Part shown: in pieces, positions 1-12,031 of the stretch | Layout: each line of letters begins with the position of its first letter | Numbering within the stretch: position 1 is the first letter of the stretch | Assembly (NCBI GenBank): GCA_003558085.1 | Contig: PWMT01000127.1 | Location: forward strand, 13,863-77,862 | DNA from: Methanobacteriaceae archaeon | Lineage (GTDB): Archaea; Methanobacteriota; Methanobacteria; Methanobacteriales; Methanobacteriaceae | Direction of reading: 5' to 3' | DNA: 64,000 nucleotides | Notes under the pieces: model-generated | What the model was told of the DNA's origin: nothing | Seen by the model: the letters and a program-made list of their open reading frames with translations, nothing else | Databases searched by the model: none | Program-made: the position numbers and the translations under genes

Positions 1-1008
1 GCTCAATGGAAAAAAGAAGAGGTTCAGGACCTTAAAGATTTAATTAAAGGATATCAAGTGGTGGGAATCGCTAATTTATCTGATATTCCTGCTAGACAAC
101 TGCAGAAAATGAGACAAAATCTGCGAAATAAAGCCACTATTCGCATGTCTAAGAAGAATTTAATCAATTTGGCTCTTTATGATTCTAATAAAGATAAAAC
201 CAAAATTGATACTCTTTCCAATTATATGGATGGTCAACCTGCTTTAATATTAACTGATATGAATCCTTTTAAATTATTTAAAATTTTAGAGGATAGTAAA
301 ACAGCTGCACCTGCTAAAGCTGGTGTTATTCCTACCGAAGATATAATAGTCCCTAAAGGTGACACTGGTTTTCCTCCAGGACCTTTTCTGGGTGAATTAC
401 AACAGGCAGGCATTTCTGCTAAGATTGATAAGGGTAAAATCGTGGTTCAAAATGATCAGGTAGTGGTAAAAGCCGGTGAAATAGTCTCATCTAAAATAGC
501 TACAATTCTGACTCGTTTAGATATACAACCCTTGGAGGTAGGAATTGATCTAAGAGCAGCTTATGAAGAAGAAACTATTTATACGGCGGATCTTCTAACT
601 ATTGATGAAGATAAAACTCTTTCTGATGTTCAAAAAGCATTTGCTCAAGCATTCAACTTATCGGTTAATGCGGTTATTTACACTAAAGAGGCCATGCCGA
701 CGATCATACAAAATGCAGCATCCAAGACTCTGAACCTGGCATTTAACGCATCCATCTTAACTTCTAAAACTACAGAAATGTTATTATCTAAAGGTTACTC
801 TCAAATGTTAGCCTTAGTGAGTGAAATACCTGCAGATTCTGATGCTCTGGATGAGGAACTTAGGCAAAAACTGGCAAGTACAGCTAGTCAAGAAAAGGCG
901 GTTGAAGACAAAAAAGTAGAAAAGCCTGAAGACGATGAAGACGATGAAGAAACTGAAGAAGAAACTGAAGAAGATGCAGCAGCCGGTCTAGGGGCTCTAT
1001 TTGGTTGA
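1..1008 (+). CDS. rplP0: 50S ribosomal protein L10/P0 (5' end cut by window edge)
   Basis: Frame open from base 1 (AQWKKEEV...); [10 protein letters not shown] motif; acidic hinge; C-terminal [10 protein letters not shown]. Confidence 0.97.
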   Translation, partial: AQWKKEEVQDLKDLIKGYQVVGIANLSDIPARQLQKMRQNLRNKATIRMSKKNLINLALYDSNKDKTKIDTLSNYMDGQPALILTDMNPFKLFKILEDSKTAAPAKAGVIPTEDIIVPKGDTGFPPGPFLGELQQAGISAKIDKGKIVVQNDQVVVKAGEIVSSKIATILTRLDIQPLEVGIDLRAAYEEETIYTADLLTIDEDKTLSDVQKAFAQAFNLSVNAVIYTKEAMPTIIQNAASKTLNLAFNASILTSKTTEMLLSKGYSQMLALVSEIPADSDALDEELRQKLASTASQEKAVEDKKVEKPEDDEDDEETEEETEEDAAAGLGALFG

Positions 1009-1091
1009 AAAAAAAATTGATAAAATTTTGATCTATGTAAATAAATATTTTAAGCTAAATTTAATTTGATTATGAGAAATGAGGTGATCAT

Positions 1092-1400
1092 ATGGAATAC
1101 ATATATGCAGCAATGTTATTGCACACTACTGGTGAGGAAATTAATGAAGAAAATGTTAAAAAAGTTTTAGAAGCAGCTGGTGCCGAAGCAGATGATGCTA
1201 GAATTAAAGCATTAATCGCAGCACTTGAAGATGTAGATATCGAAGAAGCTATGGAGAAAACTGCAGTAGCTACTTCCGCTGCTCCTAGTGCAGCAGCCCC
1301 TGCAACTGAAGAATCAGAGGAAGAGGAAGAAGAGGAAGAAGAGGAAGAAGAGGAAGAGGAAGAAGAAGCTGCCGCTGGTTTAGGCGCTCTCTTTGGTTAA
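1092..1400 (+). CDS. rpl12: 50S ribosomal stalk protein L12/P1
   Basis: [11 protein letters not shown] start, Ala-rich hinge, poly-Glu, GLGALFG end; SD GAGGTGA. Confidence 0.98.
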   Translation: MEYIYAAMLLHTTGEEINEENVKKVLEAAGAEADDARIKALIAALEDVDIEEAMEKTAVATSAAPSAAAPATEESEEEEEEEEEEEEEEEEEAAAGLGALFG

Positions 1401-1671
1401 CATTCTTCTTTTTTTATTTTTTTTATTAAAAATTTAAAGTACTTATTTTTTTTTATCAAGAATACTCTATTTTTAATTTAATTAATTTTATTTAAATCAA
1501 GCCTTTAAAGCTTATTAGGATAATTAATAAATCAAATAAGTTTGAATAATAGGATTAACTATAGGCTCTAAAATTATTTTAATAAAAAAGTTTTTTTAAT
1601 GATAATATAAACCTATAAACAAATTCTTTAATTTCTGAATTTAAAAATTAATAACTCTTCGATGGATTAAT

Positions 1672-4368
1672 ATGTCTAAACAGTTAAAAGAACTTGGATA
1701 TATAAAGAAAAAGTGTGTAAGTTGTGGGAATGATTTTTGGTCTTTAAACGAGCGTTATACTTGTGGGGATGCTCCCTGTGATAAGTATGAATTTATTGGA
1801 AACCCTGCAACCTCAAAAAAATATGATCTATATGAAATTCAAAACGTTTTCCAGAAATTTTTCCAGCAGCATAACCACACTATAATACCCCGTTATCCGG
1901 TGCTGGCTAAACGTTGGAGAGATGATGTTTTTTTAGTAGGGGCTTCGATTTATAATTTCCAGCCATGGGTAACCTCTGGACTGGTAGAACCTCCAGCTAA
2001 TCCCTTAGTAGTAGCCCAACCCTCTATTCGACTAAATGATGTGGATAATGTTGGTCGCACCGGTAGACATATGACCTGTTTTACTATGGGGGGTCATCAT
2101 GCCTTCAACAGTCCAGAAAATCAAGTATACTGGGAAGATGAGACAATTAAATATTGTCATGATTTCATTAAGCATATTGGTATTAATCCTGAAGAAATAA
2201 GTTTTATTGAATCATGGTGGGAGGGTGGAGGAAATGCAGGTCCTTGTTATGAGGTATGTGTAAGGGGAGTAGAATTAGCCACCCTAGTTTTTATCCAATA
2301 TAAAACTTTAAATGATGGAAAAAAGGAAGAAATACCCTTAAAAATTGTTGATACAGGTTATGGGCTGGAAAGATTTGCTTGGATATCCCAGGGAACACCT
2401 ACAGCTTATGATGCTTCCTTCGGGCCAGTTGTAAATCAAATTAAAGATTTGGCTGGAGTGAATGTTAATCAGGAAATATTGGCTGAAAATGCTCAAGTAG
2501 CAGGTATGATGGATATAGAAACATTCGCAGATCTTAGAAAACTTAGAGAAAAAGTAGCAGATCGTTTAGGAATTTCATTAGAACGATTAATAAAATCTGC
2601 CGAGCCTATGGAGGCAGTTTATATTATCGCTGATCATACACGATGTTTAGCCTTTATGCTAGCTGATGGAGTTATTCCATCTAATGTAAAAGAGGGTTAT
2701 TTGGCACGTCTGGTTTTAAGAAGAACCATTCGTTTTATAAAAGATCTGGAAATGGATGCATCTTTGAGCGATATTATGCAGCTTCAATCTGATTTTCTAG
2801 CCAATCATTATCCTGAAATAAAAAATCATCAGGAGCATCTACAAGAAATTATTGCTTTAGAAGAAAAAAGATATGCTAAAACAGTTTCAAAAGGAATTAA
2901 TAAGGTTAAAAAAACCATAAATTATCTTAAAAAACAAAATAAAAAAGAAATTCCTCTAGATCTTTTAATAAAACTCTATGACTCTCATGGAATCCCTCCA
3001 GAGACGATAAAAGAAATTGCTGAGGATGAAAATTTCCCGATTAAAATTCCGGATAATTTTTATACCTTAGTAGCTAGTGAACATGAACAAGAAATAAAGG
3101 CAGAAGAATCATTTCATCTGAATTTTGAACTTACAAAAATCTTATTTTATGATAAACCGTATGAAACCAAATTTAGGGCCAGAATAATGGGTTCTTATGA
3201 TGATAAAGTAATATTGGACCAAACCCTCTTCTATCCAGAAGGAGGAGGTCAGCCTTCAGATACTGGCTTTTTAAAACTTAATGGCATAGATTATAGAGTA
3301 ACACATGCAGAAAAAGTTGATGATATAGTTTTGCATCACATTGATTCTGAAAAAATCTCTAAATTTGAAGAAGCAATTGGAAAGCAGATTGAAGGGACTA
3401 TTGATTGGCAAAGACGCATTGCACTGGCCCAAAATCATACCGCCACTCACTTAATTGTATCCGCGGCTCGAAATATTTTAGGAGACCATATATGGCAAGT
3501 AGGAGCTCAAAAAGGTATTAAAAAATCACGTATTGATTTATCCCATTATAAACGAATCAGCACTTCAGAAGCTAATCAAATTGAAAAATTAGCTAATCAC
3601 TATGTAAGGATGAATTCCAAGTTGAAGGTAAATTGGATGAATCGTAATCAAGCTGAGAAAAAATATGGCTTTATATTATATCAGGGAGGAGTAGTACCTG
3701 GTTCTAAAATTAGGATTATTGAAATTCCTCAGGTAGATGTACAGGCTTGTGCTGGAACCCATGTTTCTAGAACAGGAGACATTGGTTTAATAAAAATTAA
3801 TAAAACTGAACGAATACAGGATGGAGTAGAACGTCTGGAGTTTTCAGCCGGAGAATCGGCAGTGGAATTAATGCAAGAAAATGATCTTTACTTAAGCAAA
3901 AGTGCTGAAATTTTTAAGGTTAACCACGATCAACTACCTAAAACTTGCTCTAGATTTTTCAATGAATGGAAAGCCTTTAAAAATGAGATCAGACGCCTTA
4001 AAGAACAGATTGCCACCTTGAAAACGGAATCATTAACTATAAAATCGATTAAAGTAGATAATTTTGAGGTTTTAATAGATATAATCGATGCTGATATGGC
4101 TGAAATGCAAAAAATAGCCTTGGATCTTGTAGATAATAAAATAGGAATGGATTTAGTTATAATAGGCAACTTTGAAGGTAAAATTGTGGGTTCTTCTTCT
4201 AAAAAAGCTATTAAACATGGTTTTAAAATTAATGAAATAATAAAAGAATCTGCATCTGTTTTAGGAGGGGGTGGGGGTGGTAGAGTGAATTTAGCACAAG
4301 GAGCTGGTCCTAATATTGAAAAAATGGATGAAGCTTTAGATCATGCTTTAAATCTAATTCAAAAATAA
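1672..4368 (+). CDS. alaS: alanine--tRNA ligase
   Basis: Archaeal AlaRS motifs QPSIRLNDVDNVGRTGRH, VDTGYGLER, editing HTATH and QACAGTH, C-terminal GGGGGGR. Confidence 0.98.
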   Translation: MSKQLKELGYIKKKCVSCGNDFWSLNERYTCGDAPCDKYEFIGNPATSKKYDLYEIQNVFQKFFQQHNHTIIPRYPVLAKRWRDDVFLVGASIYNFQPWVTSGLVEPPANPLVVAQPSIRLNDVDNVGRTGRHMTCFTMGGHHAFNSPENQVYWEDETIKYCHDFIKHIGINPEEISFIESWWEGGGNAGPCYEVCVRGVELATLVFIQYKTLNDGKKEEIPLKIVDTGYGLERFAWISQGTPTAYDASFGPVVNQIKDLAGVNVNQEILAENAQVAGMMDIETFADLRKLREKVADRLGISLERLIKSAEPMEAVYIIADHTRCLAFMLADGVIPSNVKEGYLARLVLRRTIRFIKDLEMDASLSDIMQLQSDFLANHYPEIKNHQEHLQEIIALEEKRYAKTVSKGINKVKKTINYLKKQNKKEIPLDLLIKLYDSHGIPPETIKEIAEDENFPIKIPDNFYTLVASEHEQEIKAEESFHLNFELTKILFYDKPYETKFRARIMGSYDDKVILDQTLFYPEGGGQPSDTGFLKLNGIDYRVTHAEKVDDIVLHHIDSEKISKFEEAIGKQIEGTIDWQRRIALAQNHTATHLIVSAARNILGDHIWQVGAQKGIKKSRIDLSHYKRISTSEANQIEKLANHYVRMNSKLKVNWMNRNQAEKKYGFILYQGGVVPGSKIRIIEIPQVDVQACAGTHVSRTGDIGLIKINKTERIQDGVERLEFSAGESAVELMQENDLYLSKSAEIFKVNHDQLPKTCSRFFNEWKAFKNEIRRLKEQIATLKTESLTIKSIKVDNFEVLIDIIDADMAEMQKIALDLVDNKIGMDLVIIGNFEGKIVGSSSKKAIKHGFKINEIIKESASVLGGGGGGRVNLAQGAGPNIEKMDEALDHALNLIQK

Positions 4369-4504
4369 GCTCTGATTATAATTATTTTTATAAAATTTTC
4401 AAGTTTAATAAGATGAATAAATAACCCTACAGGGTATAAAAAATAAATTTTCATATATCACATAGGGCTGAAATTTATTAGCATTAAAAAGTTTAGTGTA
4501 CTTA

Positions 4505-5263
4505 TTAATAACTTTTAGGAATTACCAGAGGGATTCCTTGAAAATTTTCAATTTCTACTTCTACCCCATAAGTTTCTTTGATTATATCTGGAGTTATGAT
4601 GTCTCTTCCTCCAGCCGCAAATATTTGGCCTTCCTTCAATATTACAAATTTATCAGAATATCTAAGAGCTAGATTAATATCATGCATCACCACAACAGAA
4701 GCAATTTTATGTACTTTGCTAACCTCTCTTATTATTTCCATCACTTCTAGTTGATTTTTTAAATCTAAATCGCTGGTAGGTTCATCTAATAATAAAATCT
4801 TAGGATTTTGAACTAAAGCTCTGGCTAGAACCACTTTTTGAAGCTCTCCACCACTCAATTCATTAATATAACGCAGCGCATATTCTTCTAGATTCAATGT
4901 TTCCAATATATCTTCAGTTAATTTTATATCTTTTTTAGAAGCATCCCAACCCATATACGGTTTTCTACCCATCAATACAGCATCAAAAACAGTTAAAAAT
5001 CCTCTTTCAGAACTTTGGGGAACATATCCGATTTTTTGGGCTACTTCTATCTCCTTCATTTTTTTCACATTTCTATCTTCCACCATTATAAGTCCCTGCT
5101 TGTATTTTAAGATCCGGTTTATACATTTCATTAAAGTAGATTTTCCTGAACCATTAACTCCTAATATCGATACAAGTTCTCCTTTTTTAACTTTGAAATT
5201 CACATCTAGAAGCACGGGATTGTTCTTATATGAAAATCCAATTTTTTCCACTGAAAGAATCAT
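4505..5263 (-). CDS. metal-chelate/cobalamin-type ABC transporter ATP-binding protein
   Basis: Walker [14 protein letters not shown] signature, LLLDEPT, HDINLA. Confidence 0.93.
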   Translation of the reverse strand: MILSVEKIGFSYKNNPVLLDVNFKVKKGELVSILGVNGSGKSTLMKCINRILKYKQGLIMVEDRNVKKMKEIEVAQKIGYVPQSSERGFLTVFDAVLMGRKPYMGWDASKKDIKLTEDILETLNLEEYALRYINELSGGELQKVVLARALVQNPKILLLDEPTSDLDLKNQLEVMEIIREVSKVHKIASVVVMHDINLALRYSDKFVILKEGQIFAAGGRDIITPDIIKETYGVEVEIENFQGIPLVIPKSY

Positions 5264-5265
5264 TT

Positions 5266-6324
5266 TTATCGCCTCATTTTCATAATTATATAAAGAAACA
5301 TCGGTGCTCCCATAAAAGCAGTAACAATACCCACCGGTAATACTATGGGAGAAATAATAGATCTGGCAGCCGTATCTGATATTAACAATATTAAGGCACC
5401 TAAGAGAGCTGAACTTGGAATCAAAAATCGATGATCATTTCCTATAATTCTTCTCATGATATGGGGAGATATTAAGCTTACGAAACCGATAACTCCCAGA
5501 AACGCTACAGTGAGTGCGGACGTAAAGGAAGTTATCAGCATTCCCTGCAACCGCAAACTATGGGTATTCACTCCCAGACTTTGTGCTGTTTCTTCTCCAC
5601 TTTCAAGACTATTATAATCCCAAGCATGATACAAGAAATATAATAGAACCGGCATTAAAAATATAATCATAATCCATAAGTCATTCCATACTGCTCGTTC
5701 CACATCTCCAAATGTCCAAAATATAGTTGCCGCTAACTGGGTTTCAGTTGCAAAATACTGTAGAAACATGGTTCCTGCAGAAAATAAAGCACTCATAGCA
5801 ACCCCTGCCAGTATCATAACCTCTGGAGTAACATTTCTAACCCTTGCTACTAAAAGAATGGCAATAACACCAATAATAGCACCTAAAAATCCGGCTAAAA
5901 CAGTTAAGTAAGGATTGTTAACCATAACTGCATGTGCTTGTGTACTATGCAATGTTCCAGCTCCAAGTACTATTATAGCAAATGCAGCACCAAATGCAGC
6001 ACCTTGCGATATTCCCATCGTATATGGGCTGGCTAAAGGATTTCTAAGAACAGATTGCATAACAGATCCTTCCATACCCATGTAAAAACCCGCTACTAGG
6101 GCCGCGAGTATTCTTGGTATTCTTATATTCCATATAATGGAAGAACCTGGAGCATCACTATTTAATAAACCATGTATAATATCATATATTGATAAATCCG
6201 CAGCACCTACTTTAATAGCACCAATAACAGATACAATTAATAATATAATTAAAAAAAAGGCAATCAACACTTTTTTTTTAGTATAAACTTCATATAATTT
6301 TGCTGAACTATTTCTGAAATTCAA
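5266..6324 (-). CDS. FecCD/BtuC-family ABC permease
   Basis: [38 protein letters not shown] motifs; multiple hydrophobic segments. Confidence 0.95.
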   Translation of the reverse strand: MNFRNSSAKLYEVYTKKKVLIAFFLIILLIVSVIGAIKVGAADLSIYDIIHGLLNSDAPGSSIIWNIRIPRILAALVAGFYMGMEGSVMQSVLRNPLASPYTMGISQGAAFGAAFAIIVLGAGTLHSTQAHAVMVNNPYLTVLAGFLGAIIGVIAILLVARVRNVTPEVMILAGVAMSALFSAGTMFLQYFATETQLAATIFWTFGDVERAVWNDLWIMIIFLMPVLLYFLYHAWDYNSLESGEETAQSLGVNTHSLRLQGMLITSFTSALTVAFLGVIGFVSLISPHIMRRIIGNDHRFLIPSSALLGALILLISDTAARSIISPIVLPVGIVTAFMGAPMFLYIIMKMRR

Positions 6325-7374
6325 TTATCTCACTTTTTTTGCTATTATAATTTTATTTTTGGAAAAGGTGCCAAATGAAGGGTTTAAATGGCTTAAAGAA
6401 TGTATGTCTAATATATCAAAGCCTAAATCTTCTAAAAACTTTATATATTCTTCAAAACTAAGATCACCTTGGAAACTGTATCTACTTTCTCCTTTCATAG
6501 ACTTTTCAAAATTGGTAAAATTCCATTCTAAATTATCAAGAACTTCTTCTAGGGTAAAATTTTCATTTACAGGGAAATATTGCTTATTTATGAATAATCC
6601 GCTTAAATTTAGAGAATTATAAATTTTTTTTGCAATTTCCGGATTTTTACCTCCGGGATTATAAGAAGAAAAAATTATATCATAGGTTCCAGCAAAATCG
6701 TCTTCATAAAAATTTCCAGGAATTGTGTTTACCTCTGCATTATAATTTTTTATGTATTTACGGGTTTCCACTAAAACTTCAGGAAGATCGAATACATTGC
6801 ATTCCAGGTCAGGATTAATTTTACTAAAGGCAATGGAATACATTCCGTGACCCCCTGCTAAGTCTAATAATCTCTTATATTTATAGAAATCTTCATATGA
6901 GCTAATTAAATCAATAGTATCCTGTAATTCCCCCACAACACAGTCTTCAGCCATTACTTGTATGATCTTAGGGAAAAAAGATTCTTCTTTTTTTTTTAAA
7001 TTCCCCTGTAATGTATTGTTTAAATTATTCCATAATTCTGCATTTTCTTTTAGAGAAAGCATACTATTGATTCTACTATAAGCTGAATCAGATGTTAGGT
7101 ATAACTGGCCAAGCTTTGAATTTTTATATAAATCCCCTTCCTTTTCAATCAAACCTATTTTTAAGAGTGCTTCCACTAGGTAGAATGAAAGCACCTTATC
7201 TATTTTAATTTTTTTTGACAAATTATCCAGATTAACAGGCTGTTTTAGTTTATCAAAGATTCCCAGCTCAAGAGATGTTTCCAATATATTAAATATTTTA
7301 AGTCCATTGAATGCGTTTTCTATTATTTCTTGTAATTTTTGATAGGGTATATCTGGCTGATCAGGAATATTCAT
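6325..7374 (-). CDS. class I SAM-dependent methyltransferase with N-terminal dimerisation/HTH domain (O-methyltransferase-like)
   Basis: LLDLAGGHG motif I, VFDLPEV, GNFYED; N-terminal LELGIFDKL. Confidence 0.85.
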   Translation of the reverse strand: MNIPDQPDIPYQKLQEIIENAFNGLKIFNILETSLELGIFDKLKQPVNLDNLSKKIKIDKVLSFYLVEALLKIGLIEKEGDLYKNSKLGQLYLTSDSAYSRINSMLSLKENAELWNNLNNTLQGNLKKKEESFFPKIIQVMAEDCVVGELQDTIDLISSYEDFYKYKRLLDLAGGHGMYSIAFSKINPDLECNVFDLPEVLVETRKYIKNYNAEVNTIPGNFYEDDFAGTYDIIFSSYNPGGKNPEIAKKIYNSLNLSGLFINKQYFPVNENFTLEEVLDNLEWNFTNFEKSMKGESRYSFQGDLSFEEYIKFLEDLGFDILDIHSLSHLNPSFGTFSKNKIIIAKKVR

Positions 7375-7400
7375 TTTATCACTCGCAAAAAAGAAAATTA

Positions 7401-8507
7401 TTAGAAAGTTAATCTTTTGTATCCACCTTGACTTATTTTTAACTCTTGGTAGACTGATTTACCTACGAATTTTTCAAATATTTCATCTGCTTTATCTTCT
7501 GGGTCTATATCATTAAATTGATCAGGATATAGGACTGTTCCTAAGTAGTACGCATTGGCTAGCATCACATCTTTATTGTAACTATATAAACAATAGGCTA
7601 AAACACCATATACTCTATTATTTTGCACTGCTTTTAGATTTTTATATTCCGGATTTCGGTTTATATCATTATTAACTGATTCCAAACTAGACTGTTCGAT
7701 TATGATCACTTCTGGATCCCACTTTAGTAATTGTTCTTTATCAATTTGAATGGCTTTGGATGTATCACTAATATCTAGACTACTGGCCACGTTTTCCACG
7801 TTCAACATATTTAAAGGTGGATAGAACGGGTTGGTCGAGGTTAAACCCTGGGAACCTCTATAAGCTTGGCCTCCTAAATATATATTTTCTAAAGCTGGAG
7901 ACTCGCCTTGGGTTCTTTTATTCAAGTCTTCTTCAAGAGAATTGATATACTGAATTAAGTCTTCGGCTCTTTCTTCTTTATTCATTATTTTACCCATTAA
8001 TTTTAAAGAATCTACATATTGTTCCATTTGTTCTTCTGTGCCCACCGGACCAGTATAAACTACCACGGTGGGTATTCCAGTTTTAGTTTGAATATTATCT
8101 GCTTGTTTAGCGTCAGCAGCAAATACTACGTCGGGGTTTAGTTCTGCTATCTGTTCATAGTTAATAATGTTTTTACGTGCATCTCCTATAATGGGTAGTT
8201 CCATTAACTCGGGATTAGCCACCATATAAGATAACATGTTCCCCCATCCACCAGCGGAATTAGTTTCAATCTGTTCTATTCCAACCATTTTATCTTTAGC
8301 ATCTAAATATACTATCTCTCTACCGGAACAACCAGTTCCAACTACTCTATTCACTTCTGATGGAACTTCTACATTTCTACCTGCAAGGTCTGTTATGGAG
8401 ACAGATCCTATTCTTGCTTCTGCACCTTCTCCTAGAGAAAGATAGGTTATTATTCCACCAAATAATACGGTAATAATTATAATACTGGCTAATAATCTTT
8501 GATTTAT
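7401..8507 (-). CDS. metal-chelate ABC substrate-binding protein (FepB/BtuF-like); probable ATA start
   Basis: [38 protein letters not shown]; frame extends upstream of the 8354 GTG through a hydrophobic anchor to ATA at 8507 just after SD GGTGGTGA. Confidence 0.88.
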   Translation of the reverse strand: MNQRLLASIIIITVLFGGIITYLSLGEGAEARIGSVSITDLAGRNVEVPSEVNRVVGTGCSGREIVYLDAKDKMVGIEQIETNSAGGWGNMLSYMVANPELMELPIIGDARKNIINYEQIAELNPDVVFAADAKQADNIQTKTGIPTVVVYTGPVGTEEQMEQYVDSLKLMGKIMNKEERAEDLIQYINSLEEDLNKRTQGESPALENIYLGGQAYRGSQGLTSTNPFYPPLNMLNVENVASSLDISDTSKAIQIDKEQLLKWDPEVIIIEQSSLESVNNDINRNPEYKNLKAVQNNRVYGVLAYCLYSYNKDVMLANAYYLGTVLYPDQFNDIDPEDKADEIFEKFVGKSVYQELKISQGGYKRLTF

Positions 8508-8549
8508 AAAATCACCACCTTATTTTCTACAAATGTGTCAATGTTATTT

Positions 8550-8585
8550 ATAATACTTTTGGTCTTATTATTACTACATATATAA
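8550..8585 (-). promoter_or_regulatory. candidate promoter (TTATATAT) with overlapping imperfect palindrome ATAATAC-N11-TTATTAC
   Basis: TATA-like element at 8578-8585 on the minus strand ~70 nt upstream of the binding-protein start; palindrome lies over the expected transcription start. Confidence 0.4.
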
Positions 8586-8753
8586 GTCAGGGTGGAAATT
8601 GTAATAAAATAAAGAAAAAAGTAAGAAAAACTAAAATATAATTAATATCAATTTTGCTCATAAATAATACTTTTAAATTATATAAGCTCAGAATATTCTA
8701 TCTTAAAAAAAAATTAAGGTGATTCTAAAATTAATTTATTATAATAAAAAAAA

Positions 8754-9362
8754 TTAATTTCTAGAATATTCACTAAAACAAGGAATACATGTGAGTTCAC
8801 CATTTTCAATTCTTGCTCGGTGCTCTGCCATAAACTCCCCACATTTATGACATTTCAATGAATTAAATATTCTAGCTTCTTGGGGGATATCGATTTCCAC
8901 CCTTTCTATTTTAAACAGTTCTGTATCATCCATACTTAAAATTCTTTGAGATAAATAATCCTTTTGTTTTTCAAATGCAACTTTATTTTCGCGGTTAGCA
9001 GAATTCAAGAAATTATTTCTTAAAATTGCAAATTCAGGATCAATCTCATCTAAGTTTTTCTTAATAGATAAACGTAAAACATTTCCTGTATTTCGATTTA
9101 TAAAAGTATACACATTTTTCCCATAATCCTTAAATATTAGGTTACCTTTTCCGAAAGTACAACCAGTTACAACTTGAATTGCATCCACGCTACAGCTATC
9201 ATTTTCTACTATGGCTAAAAATTCCTCATCAATTGATCGATCTGAACTAAGTTTTTTTATTGCTATTTCACTTGCGCGATATCCAATGGCGGTTCCGGGA
9301 CATACATGACCATGAAAGCGAGTAACTTCAGAAAAAGGTGTTATTTTTTTAGCTTCTTTCAT
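8754..9362 (-). CDS. FmdE-family protein with C-terminal zinc finger
   Basis: [34 protein letters not shown]...CIPC. Confidence 0.93.
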   Translation of the reverse strand: MKEAKKITPFSEVTRFHGHVCPGTAIGYRASEIAIKKLSSDRSIDEEFLAIVENDSCSVDAIQVVTGCTFGKGNLIFKDYGKNVYTFINRNTGNVLRLSIKKNLDEIDPEFAILRNNFLNSANRENKVAFEKQKDYLSQRILSMDDTELFKIERVEIDIPQEARIFNSLKCHKCGEFMAEHRARIENGELTCIPCFSEYSRN

Positions 9363-9604
9363 TTTATCACCATCAAAATTTATTTTTCAAATTATTAAAA
9401 ATTTTTTCCATGAAGTTTAATATATTTTCTTATAAATTCATCTTTATTTTTAGCTTGCACAATAAAAAAAATGGGTTTATAAATTTTTTATTTGCAATAA
9501 TTAATATAAACCTATGCAGGGAATCAGTGCAATAACTCGGTAAACATTTATTAAAAATAGTGATCATATCCTTTATTTACGGTAAATTTTAAAGAGGGAC
9601 TACC

Positions 9605-10858
9605 TTGAAGCGCAGTGTACAAGAAATTAATAAAAAAATTTCCAGGGGTCAAGCTACAGTTTTAACTGCAGAAGAAGTTACCAGAATGGTGATAGAAGGT
9701 GAAACTCCCACCGTAGAAGATGTTGAAGTTATTACCACTGGTACTACGGGTATAATGTCGGGAACGGCCGCCATAATTCATTTAAAAATTGATGAACCCG
9801 GGTCATTTAAAAAAGCTAAAAAAATATATTTAAACGGAGTCCCTGGATTTCCAGGGCCCTGTCCAAATGAATGGCTTGGATCTGTTGATTTAACTATTTA
9901 TGGAACCGCAAATAGCGTCCATGATCCTGAATATGGCGGGGGATTTTTATTTAAGGATTTAATAGCTGGTAGGGAAATCGAAATATCTGTGGAAACAAGT
10001 CAAGGTGAGCTCATCACCACCACTAGCAACTTAAAAGATATGGCCACAGCTAAAATGATCGGCACTCGCATGGCTTTTAAAAACTACACCGCTTTTGTAA
10101 ATCCAGAACCACAATCAGTCTCTTCTATATTCCATGCTATAGAAATGGAAGGTCCTTTTAAAGGATTATCCTTCTCTGGTTGCGGTGAACTTAATCCTTT
10201 AGAAAACGACCCCCAAATGAAAACTATATGTATGGGATCTAAAATACTCTTAAATGGATCAGAAGGTTTAATATTAGGCACCGGTACTAGAAGCAGCCTA
10301 AATAAACCAAATTTAATGCTTGCTGCTGATATGCATAATATGGATTCCCATTATCTTGGAGGATTTAAAACAGCTGTAGGTCCGGAAATATATGATTCAG
10401 TTGCCCTGGCTATACCGGTTACTGATCAGAGAATTTTAGAAAAAACTTTTATTAGAAATTCAGATATAAAATTACCAGTTGCAGATATTAAAGGCCGACA
10501 TATGCCTCTAGGAGAAATAGATTACGGTCAAGTTTGGGAGGACTCAGATGAAAGACCACAATATCATCCTGAAAATTGCATGAATTGTGTCAATTGCTTA
10601 GTAAAAGAAAGATGTCCTACTAAGGCCTTTAATCAAGGATTGGATGTTAAAAAATGTTTTGGTTGCGGTATGTGTGCTTATTCATGTGAATATGGTACCT
10701 GTCAAATGAATATCGGCTCGGTAGAACTTAAATTACAACAAGGTGAATTTGAAATTCCTATTGCATGTCGTCAATCAGATTTAAAAAGAGCTAGAGAAAT
10801 ATCAAATTTACTTAAAAAAAGGATCGAAGAAGGTAATTTTTACATATTCGAATGTTAA
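9605..10858 (+). CDS. methanogenesis marker 16 metalloprotein (DUF39-like plus C-terminal ferredoxin)
   Basis: RSVQEINKKI..G.ATVLTAEE start, GPCPNE, SGCGELNP, two CxxCxxC...C motifs. Confidence 0.85.
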   Translation: MKRSVQEINKKISRGQATVLTAEEVTRMVIEGETPTVEDVEVITTGTTGIMSGTAAIIHLKIDEPGSFKKAKKIYLNGVPGFPGPCPNEWLGSVDLTIYGTANSVHDPEYGGGFLFKDLIAGREIEISVETSQGELITTTSNLKDMATAKMIGTRMAFKNYTAFVNPEPQSVSSIFHAIEMEGPFKGLSFSGCGELNPLENDPQMKTICMGSKILLNGSEGLILGTGTRSSLNKPNLMLAADMHNMDSHYLGGFKTAVGPEIYDSVALAIPVTDQRILEKTFIRNSDIKLPVADIKGRHMPLGEIDYGQVWEDSDERPQYHPENCMNCVNCLVKERCPTKAFNQGLDVKKCFGCGMCAYSCEYGTCQMNIGSVELKLQQGEFEIPIACRQSDLKRAREISNLLKKRIEEGNFYIFEC

Positions 10859-10876
10859 CCTATTAAGGTGTGATTA

Positions 10877-12031
10877 ATGCTAAAATATGATTTAATTATG
10901 GTTCGTTATGGAGAATTAGGCTTGAAGAGTCCTCGAGTACGGAAAAGATTTGAAAATAAATTAATTTCTAATATTAAAAGTGCTTTTCCCTGCGAAATTA
11001 AATTGGATCAGGGCCGCATTTTTATTAAACCAGATGATTTTGATGAAGCCTTAGAATACTTAAAGAAAATTTTTGGAATAGTTTCCTTTTCTCCAGCTAT
11101 TTCTATGGAAACTGATAAAAATATTATAAAAACTGAATTAGAACATTATGTGGATGAATTAAAATCAAGGGGGATACTATCTTCCAAAACCAGCTTTGCT
11201 ATTCGCTGTCGTCGAATAGGTGAACACCCCTTCACCAGCCAAGAATTAGCAGGATTTGCTGGTGCAGTGGTAGTGGAAAAAATAGGATCTCCAGTTGATT
11301 TAACCAAGCCTGAATTAGAGATTTTCCTAGAAGTTAGATATGATGAAACATTCATATATCATCAGAAACTCCAAGGTCCAGGAGGACTTCCCCTTGGAAC
11401 TCAAGGTAAACTGGTGGCTTTACTTTCAGGAGGAATCGATTCTCCAGTAGCAGCTTATCTGATGATGAAAAGAGGATGTCAAATCATTGCTTTAAATTTT
11501 AATAATTATCCATTTACAGAAAGTGTAGCTCAAGAAAAAGTTATAAAAATGGTAAAAAAACTTAGGGAATATTCTTCAGGAGTCAAATTAGACTTAAAAA
11601 TTATGGAATATGGAGAATACTTGAATAAATGTCAAGAGAAGGCTCCAGAAAAATTAACATGTATTCTATGTAAGAGCGGAATGTATAGCATCGCAGAAAT
11701 GATAGCTAATAGAGAAGGTGCGCTGGGTATTGTAGATGGGAATAGTTTGGGACAAGTCGCATCTCAAACACTTCAAAATTTATTAGTCACACGCCATGCT
11801 GTGAAATTACCTATTTTTAGTCCTTTAATTGGACAAGATAAGATCGATATTGAGAAATTAGCCCAAGAAATAGGCACCTATGATATTTCCATTGAAGATG
11901 ATGGTGGATGTAGTGCCGTTCCAAGATATCCTGAGACTCAAGCAAGTTTAGATAGAGTTTTAGAAGCTCAAAAATCTTTAAATATCGATACTGAGCTAAA
12001 AAAAACATTTAAAACATTAAAAAATTTTTAA
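10877..12031 (+). CDS. thiI: tRNA 4-thiouridine synthase, THUMP + PP-loop, no rhodanese domain
   Basis: VRYGELGLKS, GPGGLPLG, LLSGGIDS, CILCK, LGQVASQT. Confidence 0.95.
   Translation: MLKYDLIMVRYGELGLKSPRVRKRFENKLISNIKSAFPCEIKLDQGRIFIKPDDFDEALEYLKKIFGIVSFSPAISMETDKNIIKTELEHYVDELKSRGILSSKTSFAIRCRRIGEHPFTSQELAGFAGAVVVEKIGSPVDLTKPELEIFLEVRYDETFIYHQKLQGPGGLPLGTQGKLVALLSGGIDSPVAAYLMMKRGCQIIALNFNNYPFTESVAQEKVIKMVKKLREYSSGVKLDLKIMEYGEYLNKCQEKAPEKLTCILCKSGMYSIAEMIANREGALGIVDGNSLGQVASQTLQNLLVTRHAVKLPIFSPLIGQDKIDIEKLAQEIGTYDISIEDDGGCSAVPRYPETQASLDRVLEAQKSLNIDTELKKTFKTLKNF

Noticed and set aside
1317-1367. GAG/GAA low-complexity repeat, and similar repeats at 928-975
   Set aside because: Encodes the normal acidic hinge of the ribosomal stalk proteins
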